Part shown: positions 11,310 to 26,300 of the stretch, piece after piece
Numbering within the stretch: the first letter of the stretch is position 1
How the letters are laid out: each line of letters opens with the position of its first letter
From: Fimbriosthenelais zetlandica
Taxonomy: Eukaryota
Length of the DNA stretch: 64,000 nucleotides
Direction: 5' to 3'
NCBI GenBank assembly: GCA_977030845.1
Contig: OZ365114.1
Span: 14,818,001 to 14,882,000 of the forward strand
The notes under the pieces: generated by a model
Told to the model about the DNA's origin: nothing
The model's database searches: none
The model's input: the letters and a program-made list of their open reading frames with translations, nothing else
Made by a program: the position numbers and the translations under genes

Positions 11310-14300
11310 GTTAGTATGGACCGGGCCCCGATAAGCCTGGCTGCATTCACCATCAAAATATCCCCCATTGCTCTCTATACAAAGTGTTCACCCATTTCTC
11401 GCTAGGTGACGCCTGTACGCTCTCTTTCTCTGGTATATTGTTATGGTAAAAGCTCTGCATTCATGATGACAAATTTCTTTCCTTCAATCACTGATATTTA
11501 GTTTAATGTTGATCTGGGAAGGCTCTAGGCTTTGCTTTGTCTGTCAGCGAGGGTTGGGAGTGGGTGGTTGCCTGGTTTGAAGGGGTAAGATTCTGCTGAC
11601 AGTGGGATGAGGGGAGGGGAGGGATGCAGTGGATGGAGTCTGGGGCAAAACAACATGGAGGCAAGGCACTTCCTGTTGAGGGAGGGGATTTGGTAGATGA
11701 TCCCTAAAACACTGCTTATCCAGGATCAACTGGTATCTGTGTCATTCTGTGTCTATATTACACTATTGTATATGGTCTTAATAATGCAGTGAAAGATACA
11801 GAAGGGTAGGCCTAAATATGCAAGGGTCTTTAGGTGAACAGACTGCATCTGGCAGCATTATGCATTGACAGTGTGACAAGGGGTAGACAGCTGCCTCATC
11901 CCAGTATCCTATCTTATATTATGGTCCAAAAAGAAAGCCATATTTTTACCTCCCTGTTGTATTATAGGCCTAAACATAATTCAGGTAATGCTATTCAAAA
12001 TCTGATTGATTGATTATAATAGTAGACAAATTGGTACATTTTATGTCATTGTAGGCCTACTGGTAATGGTTTATGTGAAATGCTGTCAGAAATTTAAAAA
12101 ATGTGCCTTCAATCTTGTCAATCTCTGTCATCTAAATGGTATACACTATTGGATCGGGCAGGCCAATAGATATAAAACATGGGTGTGTATTGCAGTCTAT
12201 AGTACACATGGATGCGTATGGTAGGCTCTACCCATGGATGTGTATTGAAGGCTATACACATGGATGTGTATTGTGGATGTGTATTGGCCACTACCACCAC
12301 CACCCCTTGATTCCACCCCGCTAGCTTATGAATCTTTGCCTGAAACAAAGCCCCATTTCTCATTGCAGGATGTTTCGCCAGATAGTCCGCTTCGCCCTCG
12401 TGGGGATGCTGGCAGTGGTGGGATGCCATGCCGACCCTCAACCAGCTAATCAGGTGATCATATTCCGAGATTTACCCCTCAATGCCCAGCGCACGCCGGC
12501 ACACTTCATAATCAGGAGTACTTTCAAGGTAAGTAATTAACTTAGAACATTCACCCCCAGGCTAATCTAGATGGTGCGCTCCAGATAATGTATAATCATC
12601 TAGCGCTAAAGTTAAGTGATTACGCTTATCTTCCCCATCTCAGTCACCTCTCTTCCCCTCTATTAGATATAACAGGGGCTGTTAAGTACCTCTGGAATAT
12701 GGTTGTCCATTGGGCGATGATGAGGCAATTAAAAATGGTCAGTGTCAAAATGTCGTCGTCCTGCTTTGGTGTTTGGTTCCCTTAGGTTATAGAATTTAAG
12801 TTCCAGAGAATATTTTTAATTATTCATGGTATGAAGGGTATTCGTGATAAATATTTAAAAATTCGCCCGATATTCTCAATTGTTTCCTATTTCAAATACA
12901 TGTACATAGCATAGCTCAATACAATTTGTCAAGAGTATAGTTTGATTATATTCCCAGGTAAGTCTTGCTCTACTTGGTATTACTAACACTTTATTCCATA
13001 TCGTTATTGCATAACCCGACGCAGGTATATTTAAAATGAACAAAACAACAACACCAATTGTAAGCCATCTAGCTTCGACCAGACATTGTGTTCCCTGCTG
13101 ATCCCTATTGTTTCTCCAACGACCCTTCCCACCGGGCTTATTAAAACAATCATTGCCCACCAACATTATAACTGGTATACTAAATGAGTTGTATTACAGA
13201 AAGCTTATTACGCCTACATTGATCCAATAACCAGTATGTACATCCATTTCCCCATACAAAGGATTACTAATGAGTAAAGTATAGGTATTAGTATTGGTTA
13301 ATGCTTATGTGTACGCATAAGCATGCATTTACAAGCACCATGGTGGGATAATGCCTTGTTGTATAGCACTGTGTTTGGGGCTATGTAAACAGAGGTTGAA
13401 ATGTGGGAGGTTGGCAACTTGTATAGGAGCCGTTATTAAGATCAGTGCTACTGTGCCTTGACGTTTAAACCTGTGCATGTTTCTCTGCTCTGAACAACAG
13501 CTTGTATAATGAAATATCCACAGGTCGCCCCCGAATCTCAGAGGTCGATCTATTTACATTAAAAATACATGTACATGGGTAGATTACACTCACGACTCTG
13601 CCAATTGTTTACCAGTGGTTATATTTCTACAGACTGACTCGATACAGATTTAATTCAACCATAACTAAGCCCGGAGAGAGAGGGCTATAATATTGCAGTT
13701 GAAAGCTGTTTTCAGAGATAATGTTTACACTGAATGTCTGCAATTTTTTTGATATTTTTTTCCTCGAGAATTGTTGCATACAACTGTTTTGTTTAACTGG
13801 AGCCTTTGGTTTGATGAGGGCTGACACAGACAGAGAACAAGATCGTTCTGTTGAAAAGAACTAAATAATACACTTCTCTCACTGTTTCTCCATTGAAATC
13901 TATTTCTCCTTAATAATTATGAAAGCAGAAGTGGCAGGTGTCTAGTTAAAATGTGGAAACTTCTAAGATACATTTAATCTTTCTTTCAAAGTAATGGAGA
14001 GCCTATAAGTAATGTACTCACTAATAATTTTGCAGTCATTGAGACTAGGTAGTTTCAACACCTCTTTGAAATTCACAACATGGCTGGAGGCATGTTGCGG
14101 GTGTCCTTCCACTAATTATCAAGTCCATTTACCCGTACCAAGTGTGCATGAGCATGTAACTCCAGTATTGCGGAGGACTTTGACTCCCCAGAAAAATTTG
14201 TCAGATGCACGCGAAGTGTGTAACTGATCCACTGTAGGAACTGGGGTAGAATAGCAAGTTTACCAGTTCACCACGAATTAAATGCCTTGAAAGGAATGGC

Positions 14301-17300
14301 AGAAAAAGTGGTTTGAATTTATGGGGCCGACTGATAGTGAATAGCAGAACAAACACTAGTCGTTTGCATGCAATCAAGTCCCTTTACATGTCGCCACAAT
14401 TCAAAGGATGGATTTCCAATTGTTCTGTTAAAATGGAACACATTAAGTCCATTTTTCTCAATGGCCTGCCATTTGTTAGCCTTAAAACTTTACATCAAAC
14501 ATACATCTAGTTGCCAACAACTTTGGATGGTTCACTCACGATGCTTGATAGATAATTACCCCCACCAAAATGTGCAGCTATTAATTTCATATTGATCAGC
14601 TGTACGGGTTGTAAAATGGACGGCGAAATCAATTAAGTTTCTTTAAGATTCTTTATATGACGTTCCTCATGACACTATTATGGATATGTAATTTATTTTG
14701 GGACCACCTGGTACTCGCACGTGGAAGGCTGGGACACCTATATGTTCTGGCATCCCTCATACAAAATTAATTTAAAAATCTGATCAGTACCACACCCCTA
14801 TTACCATTCACATTGTCAGTGATGAACATTAGTGTGGGCTGGATATTTCCCATGGAAGGACACATACATAGTCAGAAATACTATACATTCATGACTGACG
14901 GTAAATGATATAAAACACCCAAGATGAATGAACATATGCATTCAATGTGCACATAGGTGTGGTCTAGAGAGAAAGCATTTGCCTGGAAGCTATAAGGGGT
15001 TGTGCAGTGAGGCAGCGTTAACTTGTTCTGACGTTGATTGTACTTTGATTTACGTCTTCACATAAATTGTGACATGAAATATTCAATGCCTGACAAAGCA
15101 ATCATTCCGGCTCCTTCCATTTCTTCCCCTCCCCTCTTCAGACGATGTACAGGGAAAATAATTTGTTGCGCCCTTTTAGTATCCAAGTTATCCTTCACAT
15201 GGGTACATGAATGTACAATCAAAACATGCATTCCTAGGTAAAACCAAGGTCTGGTATGGATCTAGACAGTGCTGGAGACACAGACCTTTTTATCAGCTAT
15301 TCTCTCAGGAAATTACCTTTTGTAACATGAAGACAACTTCCTGGATGCAGTGACATTTGTTGGAAATCAATGTCCAAAAAGCAGTCCTAGCCAATGTCTC
15401 CTCAAGAGGCAAGGCTTTTCATGTGAGATCAAAGCCAGATGCCGCCCCATTACCCACCTAAAGCATCTTTGCAGGTAATTACCGATTGACATCCAGGACA
15501 CATGGGGTGCACGTGCTTTTGACACGTCCTAGCTATCCTGCAACGCATTTCCCCCTCTCCCCCTTAAAGCTGTTGCATTGCAGATGTCCCGATAACATTT
15601 CCCAAAGTTTCTCATTGAAATGCACCAAAAACTGTTAGGGAATCAACCTGTTACATTTGTAAGTATGCATGGAAGGTCAATGGGGCATCTGCCATGGACA
15701 TTTAAAGTCATTTTCCGCATTGTTAAGGCCTTGCCTATTTGGGAGACCCCTATGCTCTATGGGTCGGGGTCAATATACTATAGGTTTATCACCTGTTGCC
15801 TGGCATAATGGGGCTGATTGTACCATGGTTTTGCTTATGGCCTGAGGGAAGCAACAAATACCACCCAGTAGGTTATAAAAGCAAATGAACATGCTTGCCA
15901 ATTGTTTGTGGTAACACCTCACTCAGAGACTCAAAATGGTGCCAGTCCATCCGTCTAAAGCACTTCTCACTTCCACACTTCTCATTTTTAAACGGCTTGT
16001 ATTGTTCACTCATTGAGTGCTGCCCTCCCAACTGATTTACTTTTATGCTGGGTAAATACAAACATGTTGGAATCAAGCACGTGTACAGTATTCGACTAAT
16101 GCAAGAATAAGCCTGAGGAGTGGGCCAAGTCAATAGGAACACTTCAGGCACTTCTAGCAGTAAAATGCCTTCGTGAAAGCAGACAGGCTCTCATTGATTT
16201 CCCCCCACTAGTTGGATCTCGATCTTTTGGCGTGAAGAAATTTGCCAACTTGGCACAAATTCTTTACGAAATGTCTGACCATCTGGCGTTATAATGCTCG
16301 ACATTAAAGTGGTTGACGTTGTCCTTAAATGGCAAGAAAATATACATTGTGGATAGACTTAATATCTGAAAAGAACAAATTGGCCTGTCTACGTATGAAT
16401 CTTCTTTGACTCTTCAAATTTTCATGTGCTTGCTTGAGATATATTACTGCCCTCATCCATCACTCTCTCACTATAACCCCGAAGAAATCTATTATCTCAG
16501 CTTGCTATAATTCATGATCTGAGCTTGAATACTTATCCATCCTCTTCCTGTTACTGAAGATTTTATCTCGCACTAATTTAAAAATTGTCACCTTTTCTTT
16601 TCACCCACCGCCAAAATGTGACTGGACTCATGGCAATTATGGTCGTGAGTGCCATCCTTAATTATTGCCTTTGCCCTAATTGTCCCCCCGAGAATGACTA
16701 AATTGGCAGGACAATTTATGAATGTATCTTTTTTACATTCACATTGTACTTTTTGGATTATAATGAGCCCATGTATAGTGTAGATTTTCGCATGTACAGA
16801 CTAGGGGAAATGTAAAACATAATCCTTAAATACAGAAAATAACGTGGCTTGACACAAATGTTTGATTTAAATAAACCAAGAAACCAATAAAACTTAAGGA
16901 CAGAGAAGAGAAACACTCGGTGTTCAAAGAATGTATAAGTAGCAGATGCACTCTGGTGTCCTCTCCACCTCATCTCACCCTGAAAGCTTATGGCCCACAT
17001 CTTCCAGGAAGCAGAGTGGTTCCTCTCTTGTCCTTTCTATTTCCTCTCCTACTGAAGATCGCCCATGGTGTAGTGCATCTATTTTTGCAAGAGTGGAAAA
17101 CAAAGGCATCTGTCAACCCAGACCGACAGCATTGTCCTGCGAAAGGCGGAGTCTGCCATTTATAACCAAAGCTTCATATCGACTCTCCTGGGAAAATGGA
17201 TTGTGAAATGGAATCTCGGGCAACAGTTTGTAAAGCCTTTTCGGCTGCCTTCTTTCACTTGATGTGGCTTTTCCTTCCCGTGGATTACTTCATGATTTGC

Positions 17301-20300
17301 TTCCCCATTTCTAATGCCATTATGTCCTCTCTTCCCTACTTTAATCTCATTGATCAGAATGCGGGAATACTTTTTCCCCCTGTGGTGGAAAGGGAGTTTC
17401 ACTATGAACCAACAGTGACTGACATCACGGGTGTACACAGCGAGTGAAACTAAAATGTACATTTAAATAGAGATGAACAGGGATGATTGGACAGCCTGTT
17501 GCTGACAAATTAGGAACAGTGGGTGTATAATTGGTAGGACTGTTTCTGTATATATATATACACATCACTGTTTGCTGTTCTCATTGTGCATGATGCTTTC
17601 CTCTGGGGGGAGAATCTTTAGTCTCGGCAGCCAGAGATTATGTAGGATACATGCAGAAGTCCACTTAAGCCAGCCCCATAAGAAGGCTAGAATGACCTGC
17701 ACTGGCTCGCCCACGACATGGTAATCCCCGGTAAAGGTTTGGGATACCATGGTTGAAGTACCTCTGGCCTTAGGTGAATCTTCACTCCTTAAAAAGGCCA
17801 TCCCCACATCCTGGCCCCAACCAATGCATCGTTTATATGAAAAACACCCAAACACCATCCTCACAAGTGGTCTCTTTGTGTACAACATAAAGGTTTCTGA
17901 CACAAATGTGGTTAACACCTCGATATCAGCATCAAGTGAGATAAACAGAATAAATAGTTTATTTCAGTCTTGTTGTAATGCGGTCGGTGTTAAGAGGGGA
18001 CAGGGGGCGTAGGGCCTTTGTCAGGTTCTTATTTACACTGGGAAGCTGCCTGTTTTGGAATGCCCCTTCAGGGGTGGTGGACGAGAAAAAGGGGGTTTGG
18101 GGAAGGACCCTGGTCCATAATGCCTGGATATGCACCTGCTTCTTCAACCATTGTCAAAGATAATGATCAGTCCCGAGCTGATAACATCTCTAAAGGAGCG
18201 CTTATCTTGAACTTTTGTGTTAAGGGCAATTGGAACAAGATGATTGATTCGTTGCTAAGGAGACATCTCCGAGTATTCCATTGTTTGTGTACTCGACTAT
18301 AAGTGAGGTGGGCCAGGCAGAGGTCAAGAGATTCACGGGTCGAATGTTGGTCAGAGGAGTATTGAACATGAACTGAGGCGTGAAGGGGCATAATAATTCC
18401 TCTTTTTTAACTCCTGACCTCCCAACATATAGCCCCAGTGAATATATATATCTTGTCCATGGTCTTGACATCCACAATTATATGTGTGATGAGCAAAACT
18501 AGTTGATCCATAGGACCTTTCCTATGACATTTAGGTTAGCTGACCTGATATCTCTTTCATGGCAGTCATATCAGTTTTCCAAGCAATTTTCGCTGTCGTA
18601 TGGTGTTTGCGTCTGCGCTATATAAACGAAAGCCATGCACGGGTGGATGTGCATGCATGGTGACTGAACGCATTCATATCTTATATGGACAGCTCCACTT
18701 CCCCAAATATTGCCTCGTGATATCCCCTCAGGCAGAAAACTCCCCTTCAAGGGTTACCACAATAACATCACACTAGAATGCTCTATGCCTTCACTTAATC
18801 CATGCTTCCAGCAACGTTTCACTATAATATACATATGCAGGCACACATAATATATATCCCTACTCGTGGGAGTTATACCAACCCGTTTCACTACGCCACT
18901 GTAATAGGCCTCCCCAAGCAGGCAGACGCACCTGGAAATTCTGAGGTCACCAATGCCCTCAGGTCATCAGGGCATTTTTCCGGGACCTTAGGAGGCGGGG
19001 CCTTTAGCCCTACTGAGGGCAGGACCTTATTTCATCCATAACCTGCCCCGCTGCGCTGACCGGTCTCGGCGGTTTAATCACCTGCGGTGTGGGTCGGGGA
19101 AAGTGGAAGCAGCGAGGAGAGAGCCCGAGGGGTTGATACTGAGAGGTGATATATGGAATAAGGTACATATAAGGATGGAGAAGTTGCTAGTCTGAGAGTG
19201 GAAGCTGACAGATGGTTGATGCTTTTTCTGATTCGTCCCACTATTTATTTAGTACGGACCATCATCGTGGGCTTCCGGGGGCGCCACCAATTGATTTTCA
19301 GACCACAAGGCCCGGGTGATAAAATAACAAAGACTGTTGCGGTCCATATGGATTGGGGCTGTGAATGAGGAGGACGACAAAAAGTTATTCAGGCAACAAA
19401 GGCTGATGGTTGTCACTATGATTGGCACGTAAAGGCACATAAAAGCCAAATTACTGACACTGCAAAAGGTCAGAAGACGTGTTGGATCTATTGATCAGGA
19501 CGGAACAAGTAGATGTGCCGCATGCTATGTTATCATTATCACCATCCTACATTGGGCATTTTGAAGATTTTAGGTCAGCACATAACCGTGGCCCTTCATA
19601 ATGAAGTATCTCACATACCTGCCACTGCTCAGATGTGGTTGTTGAAAAAACATGCCCAGAGGAGAATAAAGTATAAGAGGGTATATCAAAACTATCAAAC
19701 AGAATCAGTCAAGGCATAAATGATTTAACCTTTACTTTCTGTTAAACTTACATGAAAGAAATATCTACTTCTTAAGTATGCCTTGGCATTTTATATATGG
19801 CTTGAAAAACATGACCCTGATAGATTAAATAGATCTAAGGCTTCTGTGTGACACCCCTCACACATGTTGGGAATGGAATGATTGTTTGCTCACAAAACAC
19901 AGCAGCCCTAATTGCTGAAAAACTGTTTTGTCAAATTTAGATCAGAGTGGTTAATCCCTACCGAATATAGACTGTATACTTAAGATTGTTGTATTCTGAC
20001 ATACAGTTTGTCACATAATTGCCAGCAACACAAATTCCCAATGCCCTTCATTTGCCCAGAGCAAATGAACGGCATTGCAGTCTATTCAATGAATTAATAA
20101 ATTACTTTGTATAAGCTGCAAAGAGAGGAAGAAAGGGAAAGGCACATGCTTCCCTCCAAACAGGAATTATCTGCCTTTCTTTGCCCTTTCTGTCCCTGTT
20201 CCCAAACACTTCTTTGAGTCAGTGAACTACTGCTTTAGGGAACAGCAATGAAGCTGTTTTATAATCAGTTGCTTTAGGCCTACATTAAGCAGGTCCATTT

Positions 20301-23300
20301 AGAGTGATAAACTATTTAATGAACATGATTGCATTTGTTCTCAAAGTCAAACATTGGAACTGAAAAGGCCCTTATAGCTGGGCAGCAGAACAAATAACTC
20401 TTGATAATAGATGAAAGAAAATAGCCCGGAATATATAGACTGAGTTTCTAATGGAAAGTCTGCATAATGAAATGATTGCATTCAGAAGTCATTAGAAATA
20501 ATATTATAGATAAAAGACTTCAATGTTTTTAATTCTCGACATTTGCTGAAACCGTGCAAATATATGCTCCTAAATAAGAGGAATGTTTCATTGTGTATTT
20601 TCATTCACATAATATCATATTTTTATGAAGAAACAAGAAAACCCATGGAATTAAGTAGTGTTACATAAATCAATCTGGAATGGCCATTCTCCTGACTTTG
20701 TTTGCCTAGAATTCTAACTAGTCATGATATTCTTTTCTGACTTGAAAATAATTATAATACGTTTGTTCAGCTGTGTCTGAAGAAAACAAATTAGTATGCT
20801 GTTCTCCTGTTAGTTCTGCAAGTGGAATATTCCACTCTAATTTCGTTAAAGAAGCCCTTGTGTTTCACCTATTTCTTTAAGTCTTCATTTGAGCCCTGTT
20901 AAGGTGAGCACTCAGGAGAATCCCTCCATGCACTTGGTGGAATAATCCTTTAATAATAGCCTGAGGCCTCTCTCCACCCACATGCTGGTCCTATTAGACG
21001 CCGACAGGTGTTTGTAAAGTATGTACTAGTCATGAAAGGATCCAGTCACCACATCCGTGTCTGGCCAGGTTAGTAATATAGGTGGTCACACTGAGGCCTG
21101 CATTTTAATAACTGTGTGCGCTGGCCGCTCGCCACATTCGCATTTGCGAGGCCAAAATACCATGTGGCGAAGACAATCTCCCTCTAGAAGCCTTTACGTT
21201 CGCCACAGTGGAGAATAGCATTTTCTCCAGGTACACATGGTGGGGATAGGGGTGTTCAATGCACAACGCACCTGTCTCAAATCCCCAGTACAGTTATAGT
21301 TACAAGTTTCTTCATCAGAATTAAGCCATTAACCATGGAGCTAATAAGGCCAACGTATATCAAAGGCCAAAAAAAGGTGTGACGTAATACATTGTGATAT
21401 TGTGTAAGACGTGTATCAGAGAGACCGGGTATACGGCGTCCACCTCAGATAACAATGAGGGGTCAACTTATAAACGACTGAAAAAGCTACCCAAAAATGG
21501 AGGGAGATAGCCTCTAATCGACCAAGTGAGAAAATAAAATATCCACTACCACTACTACCACTACCAATGTGTGTGTGGCTAATCCATTTTAGCTCAAATT
21601 AGCCACAGTGGCTCAGACCTTCGGAATCCTAAAGCGCATCCAGAATAACATGCCTTTCTGATCCTGAGAAATCATAGTTCAAAAAGATGTTTTTCATCAT
21701 TTTGATGTTCATGCCAAGAACATGAACACAACATGAATGAACTGTTGTTGACATGAGGCATGCATACCATCCCAAATCATTCAACCACTGGCTTAAGTAT
21801 TGCTTATAAAACATGATGTAATCAATAGTGATATGGTTTACATTAATCATGTTTTTTCCCGTGCTAATCACATTTAGCTGCATGGCTATATCCGGTGCGG
21901 TATTTTACTATAGGCTTCTTTCTCGATCCGGAGGTCAAACTCCATTACAACTTTCAACCTCTCGTCTAGGCAGGCTGAAGGTTTCTCCGTGTTGGTGGGA
22001 TTCAGATTGCTCGGGGCTCTAGCCGGAAGGACAGGTCGATTTACATGGTAATTGAAATGTCAGGTAGAATTCCACACAGGTGTTAGCTTATCTTCGACTA
22101 GCCAGCCAAGATGTCTCCCACCCCGTTAACGAGGGCTCCCTTCTCCAACACTGTGTTCTCATTATGTTACTCTGATTGAGTACTTGTATACATTCCATGT
22201 TTGGGTACATTTGTGAAATCATAGTTCAAAAAGATGTTTTCATCATTTTGATGTTGATTGACAGCGTGAACCCACGCTAAAGTTACGTGTTGATTTTGAG
22301 CTTCTCTCTTTGAATATATTTTCTATGATGACACGCAGAAATGAATGTCGTTCGTGTTTCTCGTGCATAAGTACACGACAAGACCATTTCATATTCTGGA
22401 AAGCTCTCTCTGAAACAAATTGACTCTAATTTGTCGGTCTAAACCAGTTGGTTTGGTGGCATTGGTTTTGTTTCTAAGGAATGACTTCTATCTATATATA
22501 TGAGGGCGGTACACTTTGGCATGACTGCAGTGCTGTATACATGAAGGGAGACATAGAGGACATGATACTCGCCATGTATATGTGCTCATATCAGCTTTCC
22601 TCTATATGTAAGAGTAGAGGATCTTCATTAGCAGTAAATCAAGCCATGCTGGCCCTGTCAGGCTAGAGAGGGATGCCGTTTATTATACATGAAAGGGCAC
22701 TGACTTGGCGCTCACACCACAGGGGTCTGTTCTTGTGATTCACCTTGTGGATTGGTTTCGGTATTCTCAGGTTCCATTTGAACAGTGTGTGTGCATTATA
22801 CGCTCTTTTTCTTGGATGAATTATTAGTTCAAGGATTGTTACACACTAAGCTTTGTAATAAGATTGGTCCTGCATGGTCTATGCTTTGTAGACACCTGAT
22901 ATTTTCTGGAAAATTGAAAAAGAAACCAGTTCATTATCAGGCTTGCATAGACCTAAAAAGTATAATTTTTGGCCCGGAAAACTGCAGTTTTGTCGGGAAA
23001 ATGTCCTGGCAGTTGTGTTTCCTTTAAGGCTACAAACCTTGTAACAATTCTCAGGAGACAATAATATTGGTAAACGTTGTCCAAAAGGTTTACATCAAAA
23101 CTTGATCATTTGGAGAACTGACAGAGAGGAAATCAGTTCAGTATAACGCGGGTATTAAAGTTTATACGTGCAACATCCCGGGGAGTAGGTTTCTTTGATC
23201 ATTGTGCTCAGACATGGATTATGTTACCATCAATCAGCAGGGATCAACTAAAGCTACTTGATAAACCAGTCAAGCCTCTTACGGTCAAGTAGATTACATT

Positions 23301-26300
23301 TTGTAACTTTTTGTACTCAATTACCTCTTGAGAAAGGCTCAGGAGAGCTAAGGGGGAATAATTGCTGGCTTCAGTGCCCCATATTCTCATCGCTTCATTT
23401 TCCTGCAGCTGCTTCCCAGAATTATCATAGGCTGGGGGAGAATTTCCATTTCCAGTAAGTTTCCACAAAGGGAATTTATTTTGGTCAGCCATTCATTATA
23501 ATAACCTGAGATGTGGACAGATTTTCCAGGGGTTTTAAGTTCTTGGAGATTTAGCTTCAAGTCTTATAATGGGCAGTCGTACACTAGTCCTGATATGCAG
23601 TAATTTCCATATTACACCACATATTTACTCATCTGCCCACCCCTGGTGTGCCTTCTAGGTGGGATCTATTTCGTTTTATAGCCACATGATCTCTAACCTT
23701 TTTGTCATCCTGGACATAAATCACACGTCAGGAATTTGAATCCCTGCCTCAGGCTTTATGCATGGAATGACTTAAATCTGCATCGCACAAAAACAAAATT
23801 TGCATTGTATGTGTATATGCGAGAACCTTTGGCAATTCTCCCTGTTTTAGAAGCATTGGTTTATTGCCTTGCAATTTTCTTGGAATATCTTGCAAGTCTT
23901 TTGATAATGACTCGCCGTAGTTGCAAAGTGTAGCGAGTAGAAAATCGCAGGGAAATCGCAGTACTCTCAAGGCATGAAACGCGCTGGAACTGCCCCATAA
24001 ATAAACCTGGGGGCACGGGCTTAGTGCAGCCCGTTCTGGCACCTTCAGTCTCCACCCGCCTCCTCATATCCGACACTCCCTATCGTTGTGGCCCGCCGTC
24101 TCAAGCATGTTCCGCAATGTTAGCATGCCATGATGGATGCCCTAGCCACGCTGTCACGCGTGCCTGTGCCGCAGAGCGTGGCGTCATCTCCACTATCACG
24201 TGCTAAGATAACGGAAACTGTGCATGACTTAAGGCTCGTGTCGTCATTGTGATGAGGCAGGGTCTAACGAGCTATTGTTACAATCTGAGGTGGGACGCTG
24301 AGGTCACTTAAATGACCTCTGTCAGTCCCCTAATTTTATATTGAATGCTTAAAGCTGTCCTCCACTGCGATTGCGATTCTTTTTGCGATTATTTTTGCTA
24401 TGTGATATTGTTGCAAAAACACAATGTCGCAGCACTGGAGGATGGGCCTTAGACATAGAATGAAACTAGTATTTCCTCAGAGTCCCCAAAGGGAATGTGG
24501 CTCCTCATTCGACTGAAGCCCAGATGAAAAATGAAATAAGTTTTCTGTGAAGTTCACCACAAAATATATTGCCATTGATTTCGGAATTCTTTGTCTTCAA
24601 ATCTTCCAAACGCAAGACTGCACACTATACGAAACATGCTTGGAGCAATCCAGTGCAGCCTGATAGGTCAAGTATGAGGTTGTGGTTTCGAAAGAATCCT
24701 TGATTTTCAGGGAACATCTAATTCGTGAGCTTTGATATCAGACTTGGGATTCCCATTGAAAGCAGGTGTGATTTTTCTCAAATTAGGATCTTTCAGCAGT
24801 GGGTTGCTTTGGGAATTGGTTGTGAACTCGCTGTTGGATTTCTTCCTTGCCCATTGTCTAGATGGATTTATAAGTAGCCCACTGTACCTAGGGGCCTATA
24901 GAAACTGACAATTGATGACCTTTCTTCAGGTCAAGTGGTTGGTACATTCATATGCCAAACTCATCCCTAATTTCTTTATTGTGTGGGGCAGCAATTATGC
25001 AGAATGCCGTTTGAATAAGAGTTACTAAGGCTACATTTATAGCGACTCAATGCAGTTTATATCAAGCTTAAACGTTGGCATGATGATTGGGAAGACTCGC
25101 TCAAAAAGGGGTTTGCATCAGGGTTAAAACTTATTGCACTTCCTGGTGCCTAGTTGTGCATAAACCATGAAGGTTTGGTTCTAATATGGAAAACATTAGC
25201 GCGTGGATAACGCCTGCCTGCCACATCCATTACTCAAGTCCCCCCTCTCAGCACGCCGCCAGGGCATTTATCAGGTTGAACTGGTGCAAACTGAGCATTC
25301 CCGGCCAACTAGCAGCCTGCTTTTCATACTCCCCACTATCGTTTCACTAGGAAAGATGCTGTATTCTCATCTCCTATACACAAGAGACAATGGCCTCTTC
25401 CACTCCTGTACCAGCAGCACTGGCCGAGGTCACTAAATAAGCACCAGCAGCCCTGGTTCTTCATTGATGCCAGTTGGTATGGAGCGGTCAAGGGGGAGGG
25501 TGGCGGGGGGTGGGCATGGGGTGGTCATTGGTCATCTGTCATGTGGCGGTCAGTTAGAGGGGATTCACCCGACACAATGGCTCGGGGCGGAGTAGATTCA
25601 ATGGAGCAAGTCGAGCTTAATTGCAATGGAAGTGGATGAGGTCATTGATGCCTTGGCTCTAACCAAAGTTAAGCCAGTGTTAGGTACGGGTCATCTATCG
25701 GTCCTAATGGCATTGGCCTTTGCATGGACACTCTCGGACATGGGTTGGAATGTCTAATCTGCAGAAATCCTGCTCATTCGTTAAATCATTTGTGTCCGAG
25801 ACATTGTCATTGTTATCAGTAAATATGTACATGAATTCATTCAAGTATTAGTTCTCAAACTGCATTATAGCTGGTCATATACGTTCAGGAATATCAGATA
25901 TTCTGCATATAGATGACATTTAATTGCCCTTGATATGTACCAATATATATGCTTTCGTGGAGCGATGCACAAGAAGGATCATGAATAGGTAATGCTGCTG
26001 AGTCTGGCATCCACACTTTCATCGCACCAGTTTTTGTCATGAATTATGCAGGGCATATTTGCTGTTGGAAGTGGCGGATTAATTGCCGTCAGACTGATAT
26101 TCAGCCCACCTTGAATAAATCGATCACCCTTTAATTATTGTTTGAAATGTATCTAGTGCTTTGCACTGAATCATTGGTATTTCTTGCTATCAGATTTGTA
26201 TACTTGTTTCTTTAAGAAGGAAAGTTTCTTGATGATGGCAGCATGGGTAGTCCAGGATATTTTCCGGTGTTCTTCCTAATCATAAGAAAATCTTTAAAAT

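Noticed and set aside
17050-18480. Cluster of overlapping ORFs, possibly a decayed retroelement
   Set aside because: No YxDD, endonuclease or integrase motif could be found in any frame.
25132-25172. TATTGCAC (miR-92/25 seed) in a weak hairpin
   Set aside because: The sequence diverges from miR-92 soon after the seed, and the stem is too short for a pre-miRNA.
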